A stretch of DNA of 64,000 nucleotides from Myxococcota bacterium (GCA_965250285.1 OZ252299.1:2208001-2272000), one strand, 5' to 3'. Counted from the stretch's first letter, positions 8,843 through 19,326 are shown. Notes: generated from the sequence alone by a model not told the origin. Made by a program: numbers and translations.

Positions 8843-9637
8843 CTAGCCGAGCCCCATCAGCTCGTTCAGCCCGAAGCGGTGTCCGGCGGTGAAGCCCCCG
8901 TCGATCACGAGCGAGTGCCCCGAGACGAACGAGGCTTCGTCGCTCGCGAGGAAGAGCGCCCCATTCGCGATCTCGACCGGCTGCCCGAAGCGCCCGAGCT
9001 GGTGCGCCGCCGCGATGCCGTCGGCGATGTGCCCGACGCCTTCGAGCCCGAACACGCTGTGCAGAAGCGGCGTCTCGATGAAGCCGGGGCAGATCGCGTT
9101 CACTCGGATGCCCTTGCGGCCGTAGTCCATCGCCATGTTCTTGGTGAGCAGGACGACGCCGCCCTTGCTCGCGTTGTAGACGCTGCCGCCTTCGAACCCT
9201 TCGATGCCCTCGACACTGGCGACGTTGATGATGCTGCCGCGCTCCTGCTCGAGCATCGACGGCAGGACCGCCCTGCAGGCGAGATAGGTGCCCTTGAGGT
9301 TGATGTCCATGCACTGGTCCCAGCCGTCGACTTCGAGCAGGTGCACGGGCCCGCCGCCAGCGACGCCGGCCGCGTTCATCAACACATCGATCTGCCCGAA
9401 TCGATCGAGGGTCTCCTGCGCGAGCGCCTGGAGCGCTGCCTCGTCTCGCACGTCGCCCTTGACGAAGTGGTGCCCCGATGCGATTCCGGTCGCCTTCGGC
9501 CAGTCGTCCCCGACCGGATCCCCGAGATCGAACCCGACGATCGTGGCGCCCTCCTCGGCGAAACGCAGCGCCGAAGCCGCGCCGATGCCCGATGCCGCGC
9601 CCGTCACGATGCACACCTTACCTTCGAGTCGTGCCAT
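8843..9637 (-). CDS. Short-chain dehydrogenase/reductase
   Basis: TGAASGIG, NAAG, YNASK. Confidence 0.93.
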   Translation of the reverse strand: MARLEGKVCIVTGAASGIGAASALRFAEEGATIVGFDLGDPVGDDWPKATGIASGHHFVKGDVRDEAALQALAQETLDRFGQIDVLMNAAGVAGGGPVHLLEVDGWDQCMDINLKGTYLACRAVLPSMLEQERGSIINVASVEGIEGFEGGSVYNASKGGVVLLTKNMAMDYGRKGIRVNAICPGFIETPLLHSVFGLEGVGHIADGIAAAHQLGRFGQPVEIANGALFLASDEASFVSGHSLVIDGGFTAGHRFGLNELMGLG

Positions 9638-9742
9638 GTCGTCTCTCTCTTTCTGTGTGGTCTTCCGTGTGGTCGGCGCGCTCGCGAACGCGCCGTGTGT
9701 TGGACCGACGGTCGTCGGCGCGCGTCTCGGCCGCGCCGCCGT

Positions 9743-10660
9743 TCAGTCCCGAAACCGCGGCATCACGTGCTCGCCGAAGCGCTGAAGCGAGTCGCACTCG
9801 AGCTCGTGCGAGCGTGTGCCGGGGCGAACAATACCGAGGAGCACGTCGACCCCCTGACTGCAGTACGCCTCGACGCGCTCGCCGCACTGCTCGGGTGAGC
9901 CGACGATGGCCGACTCGGCGTCGGCGTCGGACGCCCCGGCATCCGCACTGGCCCCGCCGCACAAGAGCGGCGTCGCCACGGCGAAGGGGCCGTGGGCACC
10001 GTCGCTCGAAGCCGCTCGGTACGCCGAGATCTCACCCGCGAGCGCCCCGGGTGCCCCGGGCGCAAGGTGCATGAAGCCAAGCCCGAGCGCTCCTGCGCGC
10101 GTCGCCGCCTCGGCGTCGGCTCCGGCCATCCAGATCGGGGGATGCGGGTCCTGCATCGGCTTCGGGAAGACGCTGCGCGCCGGCATCGTGAAGTGATCGG
10201 AAGACCAGCTGAACTCGTCGTCTGACCACATCGCGGGCAGCATCCGCAGCGCCTCGTCCCACTGGGCCTGCAGTTCGCCGGCGTCGACGCCGAGCTCGGC
10301 GAGCTCGTCCGCCGAGGGAAAGAGCCCGGTCCCGAGTTCGAAGCGACCGCGGCTCATGATGTCGAGCACCGCCGCCATTTCGGCGACGCGCACCGGATGC
10401 ATGTACTTGAACGGCAGCACACGGACACCATGACCGATGCGAATGCGCTCGGTGTGTTGCGCGACCGCCGCGAGCCAGATCTCGGGCGCACTCGCCACGC
10501 GCAGCGGATCCCCGAAGCATTGCTCGACCGACCAGACACAATCGAAGCCCAGCGACTCGGCGAGCTTCACCTGCTCGATCGCCGACCAGAGCGCAGCGTG
10601 CGCCGCCCCCGCCCCCCCGCCTCGCGTAGGCTCGATCTCGTAGAGCAGGCCGAACTTCAC
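9743..10660 (-). CDS. LLM-class flavin-dependent oxidoreductase (short, divergent)
   Basis: MKFGL, AESLGFD, HPVRVAEMAAVLDIMSRGRFELG, PKPMQDPHPP. Confidence 0.85.
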   Translation of the reverse strand: MKFGLLYEIEPTRGGGAGAAHAALWSAIEQVKLAESLGFDCVWSVEQCFGDPLRVASAPEIWLAAVAQHTERIRIGHGVRVLPFKYMHPVRVAEMAAVLDIMSRGRFELGTGLFPSADELAELGVDAGELQAQWDEALRMLPAMWSDDEFSWSSDHFTMPARSVFPKPMQDPHPPIWMAGADAEAATRAGALGLGFMHLAPGAPGALAGEISAYRAASSDGAHGPFAVATPLLCGGASADAGASDADAESAIVGSPEQCGERVEAYCSQGVDVLLGIVRPGTRSHELECDSLQRFGEHVMPRFRD

Positions 10661-11532
10661 GTCGCGTCGCCGCCCGACTGATCAGGGGTTGCGAACGTGG
10701 GGTTGCGCCTGAGTCGGATGTCTTCGAGGCGCGTCTCGCAGGCGGCGACCCACGGATCGCCAGGGTCGGGCAGCAGCCAGAACTGCTCGTCGCGGATGCC
10801 GCGCTCGACGCGCAGCGCCATCTCGCCCGGGTCGAGCCCCTGATTCACCGCGCTCGCGATCGCGTTCTCGACGACGAGGCGCTCGGGCGGTGCATCCTCT
10901 TCGTCGGCCCGCTTCAGGTGAGGCGGGCGATTGCGTCCCGAGCGCCCAATGCCCGTCTTGATCAGCTCGGGACACAGCACCGAGACACCGATCGGCGGCG
11001 ACTGACCCTGAAGCTCGAGATAGAGCGTCTCGCTGATCGCCACGACCGCGTGCTTGCTCATGTGATAGGCCCCCGACAGCGGCGCGTTGGTCAGCCCCGC
11101 CATCGATGCCGTGTTCACGATGTGCCCGCCTTGCCCCTGCTCGATGAGCATCGGCACGAAGGTGCGAATGCCGTGGATCACACCCCACACGTTGACCCCG
11201 AAGACCCACTCGTAATCGCTCACGGGCTTGGCCCAGCTCTGACCGCCGGCGAACACGCCCGCGTTGTTGCAGACGACGTGCACCGCGCCGAATGCATCGC
11301 GCGCACGTTCGGCGAGCTCGCTGACCGAGTCAGCCTGGCTGACGTCGGTGACGACCCCGATCGCCTCGCCGCCCTGCGCGTCGAGCTCACCGACGGCGTC
11401 GCGCAGCGCGTCGGGCTCGACGTCGGCGAGGACGACGCGCATGCCGAGTTCGCTGAAACGCCGCGACAGCGCCCGGCCAATGCCGCTCGCCCCGCCTGTC
11501 ACCACCGCCACGCGCCCTTCGAAGTCCTGCAC
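10657..11532 (-). CDS. Short-chain dehydrogenase/reductase
   Basis: GTG start (VQDFEGRVAVVTGGASGIG), CNNAGV, YHMSK. Confidence 0.92.
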   Translation of the reverse strand: MQDFEGRVAVVTGGASGIGRALSRRFSELGMRVVLADVEPDALRDAVGELDAQGGEAIGVVTDVSQADSVSELAERARDAFGAVHVVCNNAGVFAGGQSWAKPVSDYEWVFGVNVWGVIHGIRTFVPMLIEQGQGGHIVNTASMAGLTNAPLSGAYHMSKHAVVAISETLYLELQGQSPPIGVSVLCPELIKTGIGRSGRNRPPHLKRADEEDAPPERLVVENAIASAVNQGLDPGEMALRVERGIRDEQFWLLPDPGDPWVAACETRLEDIRLRRNPTFATPDQSGGDAT

Positions 11533-11712
11533 CCTGCGATCCTTTCTGCGAACATCCTCTGGAGCCCGCTCTGCCCCGCCCGGTCGGCGAGCATAGAGAG
11601 AACGGCGCCGCGGGATCAAGCGCCTCGACCGCGGCCCACGGTCGGGCCCGATGCAGCCGGGGCCACGCGCGACGTGCGCGCCCGGTGCCGCCCCGATGTG
11701 AGGAGAACCGAG

Positions 11713-13398
11713 TTGAGTGTCCAGGAAGAAATTCGCGCGCAGCTGACCGGCCCCGGCGGTCCATTCGAGCTCGTCGAAGAAAGCGTCCTCGGTGAGACGA
11801 TGCAGGTGTTCAAGAACCGAGAGAGCTCCCTGCGCGAGCTGCTGGCGAACTCGGCCGCCCACGGCGACAAGCTCTACATGGTGTACGGCGATCGCCGCAT
11901 CACGTATACCGAGCACCTTCGGCTCGTCGCCTCGGTCGCACGCGCGCTGAGCGAGAAGTACGGCATCGGCCCAGGCGACCGCGTCGCGATCCTCGCAGCG
12001 AATCGCCCCGAGTGGGTGATCACGTTCTGGGCCACCGTCAGCCTGGGCGGCATCGTCAGCGCGTGGAACGGGCTATGGACCCCCGATGAGATCGAGCATG
12101 CGCTCGCGCTCAGCGAGCCGAAGCTGATCGTCGGCGACCGGCGGCGCATCGCCCGCATGGAGGGCCTCGCACACGACGTGCCCGTGATCACAATGGAGGA
12201 CGACTTCGCCGAGCTCGAGGCGTGGGCGCCCGACGCGCCGCTGCCGGACGTGCCGATCGAAGAGGACGCACCGTGCCTGATCCTCTTCACGAGCGGTACG
12301 ACGGGGCGGCCCAAGGGCGCGGTCGTTTCGCACCGCGCGATCGTCGGCTTCGTGAAGACCCAGACGTACCACGGCCTCGAGCGGATGATGGTCGGCATGA
12401 AGCTCCATCCACCCGAGGCAGGCAGCACACCGCCGCCGGTCGATCTGTGCGCGATGGTGACGACACCGCTCTTTCACCTTTCGGGCCTGTACGCCATCGC
12501 CGTGATGATGCTCGTGCAGGGCGCGAAGACCGTGTACCGCGAGGGGCGCTTCGACCCGGTCGACGTGATGCGCCTGATCGAGAAAGAGAAGGTCTCGATG
12601 TGGTCGGCGCTCGGCGCCGCTGCTCCGCAGGTGCTCGCCCACCCCGACTTCGGCAAGTACGACCTCTCGAGCCTCCGCAACATCGGCTTCGGCGGTGCGC
12701 CGACGAGCCCCGCGCTGCTCGAGCGCCTGAAGAAGGAGATCCCCCACGCCGGCGGCGGGCTCGGCATGGGCTACGGCCTGAGCGAGTCGGGCGGCATGGG
12801 CGCGGCGATCGGCGGGTTCGAGCTCGATGCCCGACCGACGTCGACCGGCCGCGCGCAGCTCGCGCACCAGATCGAGATTCGGGACGACGAGGGCAAGCCC
12901 CTGCCGACGGGCGTCGACGGCCGCATCTTCATGCGCAGCCCCTATCTGATGCTCGAGTACTGGCGCAACCCCGATGCCACCGCCGAGACGATCCTTCCGG
13001 GCCGCTGGCTCGACACGGGTGACGTCGGGCGTCTCGACGAAGAGGGCTACCTCTACATCAACTCGCGCGCGCGTGACATGATCCTGCGTTCGGGCGAGAA
13101 CGTGTATCCCGTCGAGATCGAACACCGCCTTCATGCGCACCCGCAGGTCGTCGAGTGCGCGGTCGTCGGCGAGGATCATCCCGACCTGGGCCAGGAAGTG
13201 AAGGCCATCGTCGTCCCCGAGCCCGGCACGTCCCCGACCGAAGCCGAACTCGGCGCGTGGGTCGGCGAGACTCTCGCCAAGTACAAGGTGCCGACGATCT
13301 GGGAGATGCGCAGCGACCCGCTCCCCCGCAATGCCGCGGGCAAGGTCTTGAAGAAGGTGCTCACGGGCGAAGCCGAGGCCGGTCTGATCGACGAGTAG
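11713..13398 (+). CDS. Long-chain acyl-CoA synthetase (class I adenylate-forming)
   Basis: FTSGTTGRPKG, GYGLSE, TGD, GENVYP, PRNAAGK; TTG start after AGGAGA. Confidence 0.93.
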   Translation: MSVQEEIRAQLTGPGGPFELVEESVLGETMQVFKNRESSLRELLANSAAHGDKLYMVYGDRRITYTEHLRLVASVARALSEKYGIGPGDRVAILAANRPEWVITFWATVSLGGIVSAWNGLWTPDEIEHALALSEPKLIVGDRRRIARMEGLAHDVPVITMEDDFAELEAWAPDAPLPDVPIEEDAPCLILFTSGTTGRPKGAVVSHRAIVGFVKTQTYHGLERMMVGMKLHPPEAGSTPPPVDLCAMVTTPLFHLSGLYAIAVMMLVQGAKTVYREGRFDPVDVMRLIEKEKVSMWSALGAAAPQVLAHPDFGKYDLSSLRNIGFGGAPTSPALLERLKKEIPHAGGGLGMGYGLSESGGMGAAIGGFELDARPTSTGRAQLAHQIEIRDDEGKPLPTGVDGRIFMRSPYLMLEYWRNPDATAETILPGRWLDTGDVGRLDEEGYLYINSRARDMILRSGENVYPVEIEHRLHAHPQVVECAVVGEDHPDLGQEVKAIVVPEPGTSPTEAELGAWVGETLAKYKVPTIWEMRSDPLPRNAAGKVLKKVLTGEAEAGLIDE

Positions 13399-13430
13399 CC
13401 AAGCCGCCCCGACCCACATAGTGCAGCGAC

Positions 13431-15821
13431 CTACCCCAACTCGGGGGCGGTTCCGATCACGGCATCGGCTTCGAGCGCGTCGAGCTCGGCTGCGCTCAGG
13501 CCGAGTCGTTCGGCGAGCACTTCGCGCGCATGCTGCCCAACGGTCGGCGCCGGGCGTCGAATCCAGCGTTCGACCCCGTCGAGTCGAAACGGGACCGTCG
13601 GTGTCGCGTGGGTGCCCACGACCGGGTGGTCAATCTCTTCGAAGAAGCCGCGCGCGGCGATCTGCGGCTGCCGACTCGCTCGCCTCGCGTCGACGACGCG
13701 CCCCACCGGCACCCCGGCCGCACCGAGGCGCTCGAGCGCAACGCCGAGGGGGGTCTGCGCCGCCCAGGCGCGCAGCCCAGCGTCGAGCGCATCGTGAACG
13801 GTGCGCCGACCTTCGAGGGTCGCGAGGGCCGCGTCGGCTTCCCAGTCCGCTCGCCCGAGCACCGTGCAGAGCGCGCGCCACTGCGCGTTCGTCGCGACGC
13901 TGATCGCGAGCCAGTCCTCCTCGCCCGGCCGACTCCCCGCCGCGGCGTACAGCCCCTGCGGCGCCGCCTCGGGGCTTCGGTTGCCCTGCCGCTCGAGACG
14001 TCGGCCATGGGCCGTCCACTCGATCACCTGCTCGGCCGCTGCGTTGAGCGCGCCCTCGACCATGGTCACTTCGACGAGCTGCCCGACGCCGGTCCGTTCG
14101 CGTTCGCCGAGCGCGACCAGCAGCGCCCAGGCGGCGTGCATGCCGGCGAGCGGGTCGCACGGGCCGCGCTGGATGCGCGGCTGATCATCGGCATGCCCCG
14201 TGACCCACGCCATCCCCGACAGCTGCTCCATCGTCTGCGCGAAGCCCGTATGATCTCGCCAGGGCCCGTCGAGCCCGAAGGCCGGCATCCTGACCATGAT
14301 CGTCGACCGCGAGTCGGCATGCAGCGTGTCCCAGTCGAGCCCGAACCCCTCGAGCACCCGGGGCGTGAAGTTCTCGACGACCGCGTCGGCATCGGCGATG
14401 AGCTGCCTGGCGAGTCGCACCCCGCGCGCATCGGTCAGGTTCAGCGTGATCCCCCGCTTGTTCGCGTTGGCGGCCAGGAAGAACGCGCTGTACTCCCACC
14501 AGGCGTCGGCGCGGCCGCGCATCATGCCGCCGGTCGTGCGCATGCCGTCGATGCGCTGCACGGCCTCGACGTGCACCACGTCGGCACCGAGGGTCGCGAG
14601 CATGTGCGTCGCCGAAGGCCCGGCCCACCAGGCGGTCATGTCGACGACGCGAAGCCCTTCGAGGGGCAGGCCGGCCCGACCCGTCGGGCGCGGCTCGGCG
14701 GGCCGAGAAGGCTGCATCCATGGATCGCCGTCGAGCTCGCCGAGGGCGGGCGCGGGTCGCCCCGTTCGCGGGCGCACGCCTCCGATGGCGTAAGGCGGAC
14801 GTGGATGGGTGAAGGCATCGGTGGCGTCGCGCACGAAGACACCGCGCGCCTGCAGATGGGCGTGGTCGAGCACGGTCTCACCATTGCAGACCGGCGCCAC
14901 CGGGATGCGCAGCAGACTCGCCGCATCGATGACCTCTGAAGTCGTGTGGCGCGACGTCCACGCCCGCACGATCGCCGACCACTCGTCGATGCGCGCCATG
15001 CGGGTCGGCACCTGGAACAGCGCTGCGTCCTCGCGCAGATCGGGACGCTCGATCATCAGCAGGAAGTCGGAGAACTGCTGATGCGAATTGGTACAGAAGC
15101 CGACGTAGCCATCCCGCGTGGGCTCGATCGAAGGTGTCTCGAGCGATTGCCCACGCCCGGGCGGCTCACTCAGGCCGAAGGCCTCGGCCGCGAGGCTGAA
15201 GAACAGGTCGCCGAAGTTGCTCGCGCCGTAGCACGCGACCTCGAGCAGAGAGAAGTCGATCCAGCGCCCGGGCGCGCCCGCCCGCGCCGCCCGCACCGCG
15301 GCGAGTGCCGGAACGGCCGCGAAGGGACCGGCCAGCCACTCGACGACGCGTCCACCCGCCTGAAACGGCTCGGCACCGGGCGCGCCGCGACTCGCGATGC
15401 TGCCCGATTCGGCCTGCAATACGAACTCGGTCGCTGGACGGTGGGCGTGCGGACCGGACCGACCCCACGGCGTGATCGAGAGCACGACCAGCCGGGGCTG
15501 CGCGCGGCGCAGCCCCTCGAGATCGAGCCCTTCGATGGTCGCGTCCTCGACGAGCAGGTCGAACGCACCGGCCCCTCGCTCGACGGCGCCGCGGCGATCC
15601 GCGGACGCGACCGACCGCTTGCCTGCGTGCAAGAATCGGAAGAGAGGCGCGTCGCCTTCCGCGGTGAGAGACCCGGTCGCCGACCACCGGCGCATCGGGT
15701 CGCCCGCCGGCAGCTCGAGCTTGACGACCTCGGCGCCCGCGTCGACGAAGAGCTTGGTGGCGTATGCGCCGGCGATGCCGGTAGTCGCATCGAGCACACG
15801 CATGCCCGCGAGCCAATCCAT
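13431..15821 (-). CDS. Two-domain family III (CaiB/BaiF) CoA-transferase
   Basis: Two CaiB units (LAGMRVLD...; LEGLRVVDMTAWWAGP...ANANKR); start placed at ATG 15821. Confidence 0.9.
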   Translation of the reverse strand: MDWLAGMRVLDATTGIAGAYATKLFVDAGAEVVKLELPAGDPMRRWSATGSLTAEGDAPLFRFLHAGKRSVASADRRGAVERGAGAFDLLVEDATIEGLDLEGLRRAQPRLVVLSITPWGRSGPHAHRPATEFVLQAESGSIASRGAPGAEPFQAGGRVVEWLAGPFAAVPALAAVRAARAGAPGRWIDFSLLEVACYGASNFGDLFFSLAAEAFGLSEPPGRGQSLETPSIEPTRDGYVGFCTNSHQQFSDFLLMIERPDLREDAALFQVPTRMARIDEWSAIVRAWTSRHTTSEVIDAASLLRIPVAPVCNGETVLDHAHLQARGVFVRDATDAFTHPRPPYAIGGVRPRTGRPAPALGELDGDPWMQPSRPAEPRPTGRAGLPLEGLRVVDMTAWWAGPSATHMLATLGADVVHVEAVQRIDGMRTTGGMMRGRADAWWEYSAFFLAANANKRGITLNLTDARGVRLARQLIADADAVVENFTPRVLEGFGLDWDTLHADSRSTIMVRMPAFGLDGPWRDHTGFAQTMEQLSGMAWVTGHADDQPRIQRGPCDPLAGMHAAWALLVALGERERTGVGQLVEVTMVEGALNAAAEQVIEWTAHGRRLERQGNRSPEAAPQGLYAAAGSRPGEEDWLAISVATNAQWRALCTVLGRADWEADAALATLEGRRTVHDALDAGLRAWAAQTPLGVALERLGAAGVPVGRVVDARRASRQPQIAARGFFEEIDHPVVGTHATPTVPFRLDGVERWIRRPAPTVGQHAREVLAERLGLSAAELDALEADAVIGTAPELG

Positions 15822-15939
15822 CGCGCGATCTCCTGGCGCAGCGCCGCGTCCCATCGCGAAGCGAACAGCTATTCTCACACACTCGTCTCGCCCCATCACG
15901 ACGCGCCGCCTCGAGTGTGCGCTTCGCGGAGTCGCTGAC

Positions 15940-18342
15940 TTGACCGACCTCGCCCCGCCGCCCCTCTCTGGCCTGCGCGTCCTCGAGATCGCCCGCGACA
16001 TCAGCGGCCCCTATGCGGGCAAGCTGCTGATCGATGCCGGCGCCGAGGTCATCAAGATCGAGCCGCCGGCGGGCGACCCGATGCGTCGCTTCACGTCGTC
16101 GGGCCATGCGCTCGCCGAGAACGAGGACAGCGCGCTCTTTCAATACCTGAACGCGTCGAAGCAGAGCGTGGTGCTCGACCTCGAGACCGAGGCGGGTCGG
16201 GCCGACCTGATGCGCCTGGTCGAGACCAGCGACCTGCTGATCGAAGATCTCGGCCCCGGACGCCTCGCCGAGCTCGGCCTCGCCGAAGCGATTGCGGCAG
16301 CTCGGCCCAAACTGTCGATCCTCTCGCTGTCGCCGTGGGGCGCAGAAGGTCCGCAGGCACATCGACCGGCGACCGAGTTCACACAGCAGGCAGCGGCCGG
16401 TTCAGTCGCCTATCGCGGCTTGCCCGACCGCTTCCCCCTGGCCGCCGGCGGGCGCCTCGGCGAGTGGGCGTTCGGCGCATTCGTCGCCGTCGGGGCGCTG
16501 ATCAGCACGCTGATGACGCGCGGGTCGGGCCGCGGGGCCGTCGTCGACGCGTCGCGCTTCGAAGCGATGCTGCTCTGCCTGACCGTCTACCACGACCTCG
16601 AAGGCCAGTTCAATGAAGGACCGACCCCGCGCTCGATCGAGATTCCGTCGATCGAACGCGCGCAGGATGGCTGGGTCGGCTTCTGTACGGTGACCGGCCA
16701 GCAATGGGTCGACCTCTGTACGCTGATGGGGCGGAGCGACGTCGGCGACGATCACGACTATCTCGTGGCGCAGAAGCGCATGGAGGACATGCCGTTCATC
16801 AAGAGCGTCATCGAGGGCTGGACCCTCGAGCACACGATCGACGAGATCCTCGAGCTGTGCGCGGCGTTCCGCATCCCCGCCTCGCCGATCGGCAACGGCC
16901 AGACCCTGCTCGACAACGAGCACCTCGTCGCGCGGGACGTCTTCGTCGATGCGCCGGGGGGTTTCAAGCAGCCGCGGCCGCCGTATCGCATCGAGCGAAG
17001 CCAGCAGAGGCCCCTCGGCGCCGCGCCGAAGCTCGGGGCCGATGAGGTCGACGCGCTGGTCGCGAGCGCCCGGCCCTCGCCCGCCGCGTCGGGGACCGGT
17101 GAGAACACCAGAGCTCGACCGCTCGAAGGCCTCAAGGTCGTCGACATGACGGCGTTCTGGGCCGGACCGCTCGCCACGTGCTTCCTCGCCGACATGGGCG
17201 CCGACGTCGTGAAGGTCGAGTCGATTCAGCGCCCAGATGGCATGCGCTTCGCGGGGGCAGTCCCCAACGACGAGATGTGGGAGTGGGCGCACGTCTTTCA
17301 CGGCGCCAACCCGGGCAAGCGAGATGTGACGCTCAAGCTCGACGACGAGCGCGGGTTCGCGTTGGTCAAGCAGCTGATCGAAGGCGCCGACGTCCTCATC
17401 GAGAACTACTCGGCCCGGGTGCTCGAGAACTTCGGGCTCGACTGGCCGAGCGTCCACGCGATGAACCCGAACCTGATCATGGTGCGCATGCCGGCGTTCG
17501 GGCTCGATGGCCCGTGGCGCGATCGCCCGGGCTTCGCGATGACCGTCGAGCAGATGAGCGGACTCGCGTGGATGACCGGGTACGAAGACATGCCGCTCGT
17601 GCCGCGCGGCTCGTGTGATCCGATCGGCGGCATGCACACGGTCTTTGCCCTGCTGCTCGCCCTCGAAGAGCGCGCGCGGGACGGCGCCGGTCGCCTCGTC
17701 GAGGTGCCGCTCGTCGAGGTCGCGATCAACATCGCGGCCGAGCAAGTGCTCGAGTACTCGGCGTACGGCGCGCTGCTGGTGCGCGAAGAGAACCGCAGCC
17801 CCGTGGCGGCACCGCAGGGTGTGTACGGCGGACCCGAGGATGCAGACAGCATCGCCCTCGCGGTGACAAGCGACGCGCAGTGGCGCGCCCTCGGCGAGGT
17901 CGCCGGGTCACCCGCCTGGGCGACCGATGCGCGCTTCGCCACGCACGCGGGTCGACGCACGCACCACGTCGACCTCGACGCCGCCCTCGACGCCTGGGTG
18001 AGATCGAAAGACGCGGCGAACGAGCGAGGCGAGCTGCTCGACCGACTGCACGCAGCCGGCATCGCAGCCGAGCCCGTGATCAACGCGAGACGCCTGATGC
18101 CGCATCCGCAGCTCGTCGCGCGCGGCTTCTATCAGGAGCTCGATCACCCGCGGACGGGCCCGACCCGCTATCCGACCTGGCCGCTCGCCTGGTCGACCTT
18201 GCCCCGAGCGCTGCACGCGAGCCCCCCGCCCTGCCTCGGGCAGCACAACGAAGCGGTGCTGAGGGAGTTGGGGCTCGACGAAGAGACCATCGAGGCGCTC
18301 CGACAGGATCAGGTGATCGGCAACCGGCCGAGCTTCATGTGA
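15940..18342 (+). CDS. Two-domain family III (CaiB/BaiF) CoA-transferase
   Basis: LSGLRVLE...YLNASK and LEGLKVVDMTAFWAGP...ANPGKR; start placed at TTG 15940 (approximate). Confidence 0.9.
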   Translation: MTDLAPPPLSGLRVLEIARDISGPYAGKLLIDAGAEVIKIEPPAGDPMRRFTSSGHALAENEDSALFQYLNASKQSVVLDLETEAGRADLMRLVETSDLLIEDLGPGRLAELGLAEAIAAARPKLSILSLSPWGAEGPQAHRPATEFTQQAAAGSVAYRGLPDRFPLAAGGRLGEWAFGAFVAVGALISTLMTRGSGRGAVVDASRFEAMLLCLTVYHDLEGQFNEGPTPRSIEIPSIERAQDGWVGFCTVTGQQWVDLCTLMGRSDVGDDHDYLVAQKRMEDMPFIKSVIEGWTLEHTIDEILELCAAFRIPASPIGNGQTLLDNEHLVARDVFVDAPGGFKQPRPPYRIERSQQRPLGAAPKLGADEVDALVASARPSPAASGTGENTRARPLEGLKVVDMTAFWAGPLATCFLADMGADVVKVESIQRPDGMRFAGAVPNDEMWEWAHVFHGANPGKRDVTLKLDDERGFALVKQLIEGADVLIENYSARVLENFGLDWPSVHAMNPNLIMVRMPAFGLDGPWRDRPGFAMTVEQMSGLAWMTGYEDMPLVPRGSCDPIGGMHTVFALLLALEERARDGAGRLVEVPLVEVAINIAAEQVLEYSAYGALLVREENRSPVAAPQGVYGGPEDADSIALAVTSDAQWRALGEVAGSPAWATDARFATHAGRRTHHVDLDAALDAWVRSKDAANERGELLDRLHAAGIAAEPVINARRLMPHPQLVARGFYQELDHPRTGPTRYPTWPLAWSTLPRALHASPPPCLGQHNEAVLRELGLDEETIEALRQDQVIGNRPSFM

Positions 18343-18474
18343 GCCCGAGCGCGCGCTCCAGATTGCGTCCGATCCGCCGCGAACTGAGCCCGAGCGCGCG
18401 CTTCAGATTGCGTCCGATCCGCCGCGAACTGAGCCCGAGCGCGCGCTTCAGATTGCGTCCGATACGCCGCGAAC
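18340..18474. repeat. 45-bp tandem repeat x3 spanning the junction of two convergent genes
   Basis: Units TGAGCCCGAGCGCGCGCTYCAGATTGCGTCCGATMCGCCGCGAAC at 18340, 18385 and 18430; no spacers. Confidence 0.95.
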
Positions 18475-19326
18475 GAAGAGCGGCTCGATGCCGAAGCCGG
18501 CGACGTCCGACTGCATCACCGCATCGTCCGGCGCGGGCGCCGCGTTCGTGGCCGCTTCGAGCGTGATTCGAAGCAGGCGCCCATCCGAAGACGTATTCAG
18601 GAACGCATCGGGTCGCGCGAGCACCCAGTGGACCGCGCGGCGGATCGCGTCCTCGTCCTGAATCGGTTCGTACCACGAGAAGCGCGGCCCATCGTCGCTC
18701 TGCCAGCGGCCCCGCGCGAGCGCCTTGATCGTTTGAAGGGCCACGCCGCGATCGCTGCACGCCGTCGCGAGTCGGTCGAAATCGTCCCGGTACTCGGGCT
18801 GAGCCATCATCGTGAAGTTGTACGGCGCGAGCACCGAGTCGAACGGAAACGCGTCGAGGCTGCGCAGGTGCATCATGGGCGCGAAGGTCCCGTGACCGGT
18901 CACGCCGAGGTGTCGGACCAGCCCCTCCTCCTGCGCGCGAGCGAGCGATTCGACCGCTCCGCCCGCTCCGAAGGCAGTCTGCCAGTCGGGCTCCTCGACG
19001 AGATTGTGGAGCTGGATCAGGTCGACCTGGTCGACGCCCATGCGCTCGAGCGAGCGCTCGAGGCTCGCGCGGGCCGCAGCGCCTTCGCGTTCGCCGGTCT
19101 TCGTCGCGAGGAATACGGCGTCGCGGTGATCTGCGAGGAACGGACGGAGCCGCAGCTCGGACTCGCCGTACGACGCGGCCGTGTCGATGTGGTTGATCCC
19201 GAATTCGAGCAGAGTGTCGAAGACGGTCTGTGCGCGCGTCTCCGACATCGCCGCCAGTGCGGCCGCGCCGAAGAGAATGCGCGTGCTCTCGTGTCCGGTG
19301 CGCCCGAAGGCCATGCGCTCGATCAT
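18448..19326 (-). CDS. Aldo/keto reductase
   Basis: GINHIDTAASYG, LATK, SLERMGVDQVDLIQLH, GLVRHLGVTGH. Confidence 0.92.
   Translation of the reverse strand: MIERMAFGRTGHESTRILFGAAALAAMSETRAQTVFDTLLEFGINHIDTAASYGESELRLRPFLADHRDAVFLATKTGEREGAAARASLERSLERMGVDQVDLIQLHNLVEEPDWQTAFGAGGAVESLARAQEEGLVRHLGVTGHGTFAPMMHLRSLDAFPFDSVLAPYNFTMMAQPEYRDDFDRLATACSDRGVALQTIKALARGRWQSDDGPRFSWYEPIQDEDAIRRAVHWVLARPDAFLNTSSDGRLLRITLEAATNAAPAPDDAVMQSDVAGFGIEPLFVRGVSDAI

Noticed and set aside
18340..18474. Possible CRISPR array
   Set aside because: Contiguous 45-bp units with no unique spacers, and no cas genes in the window
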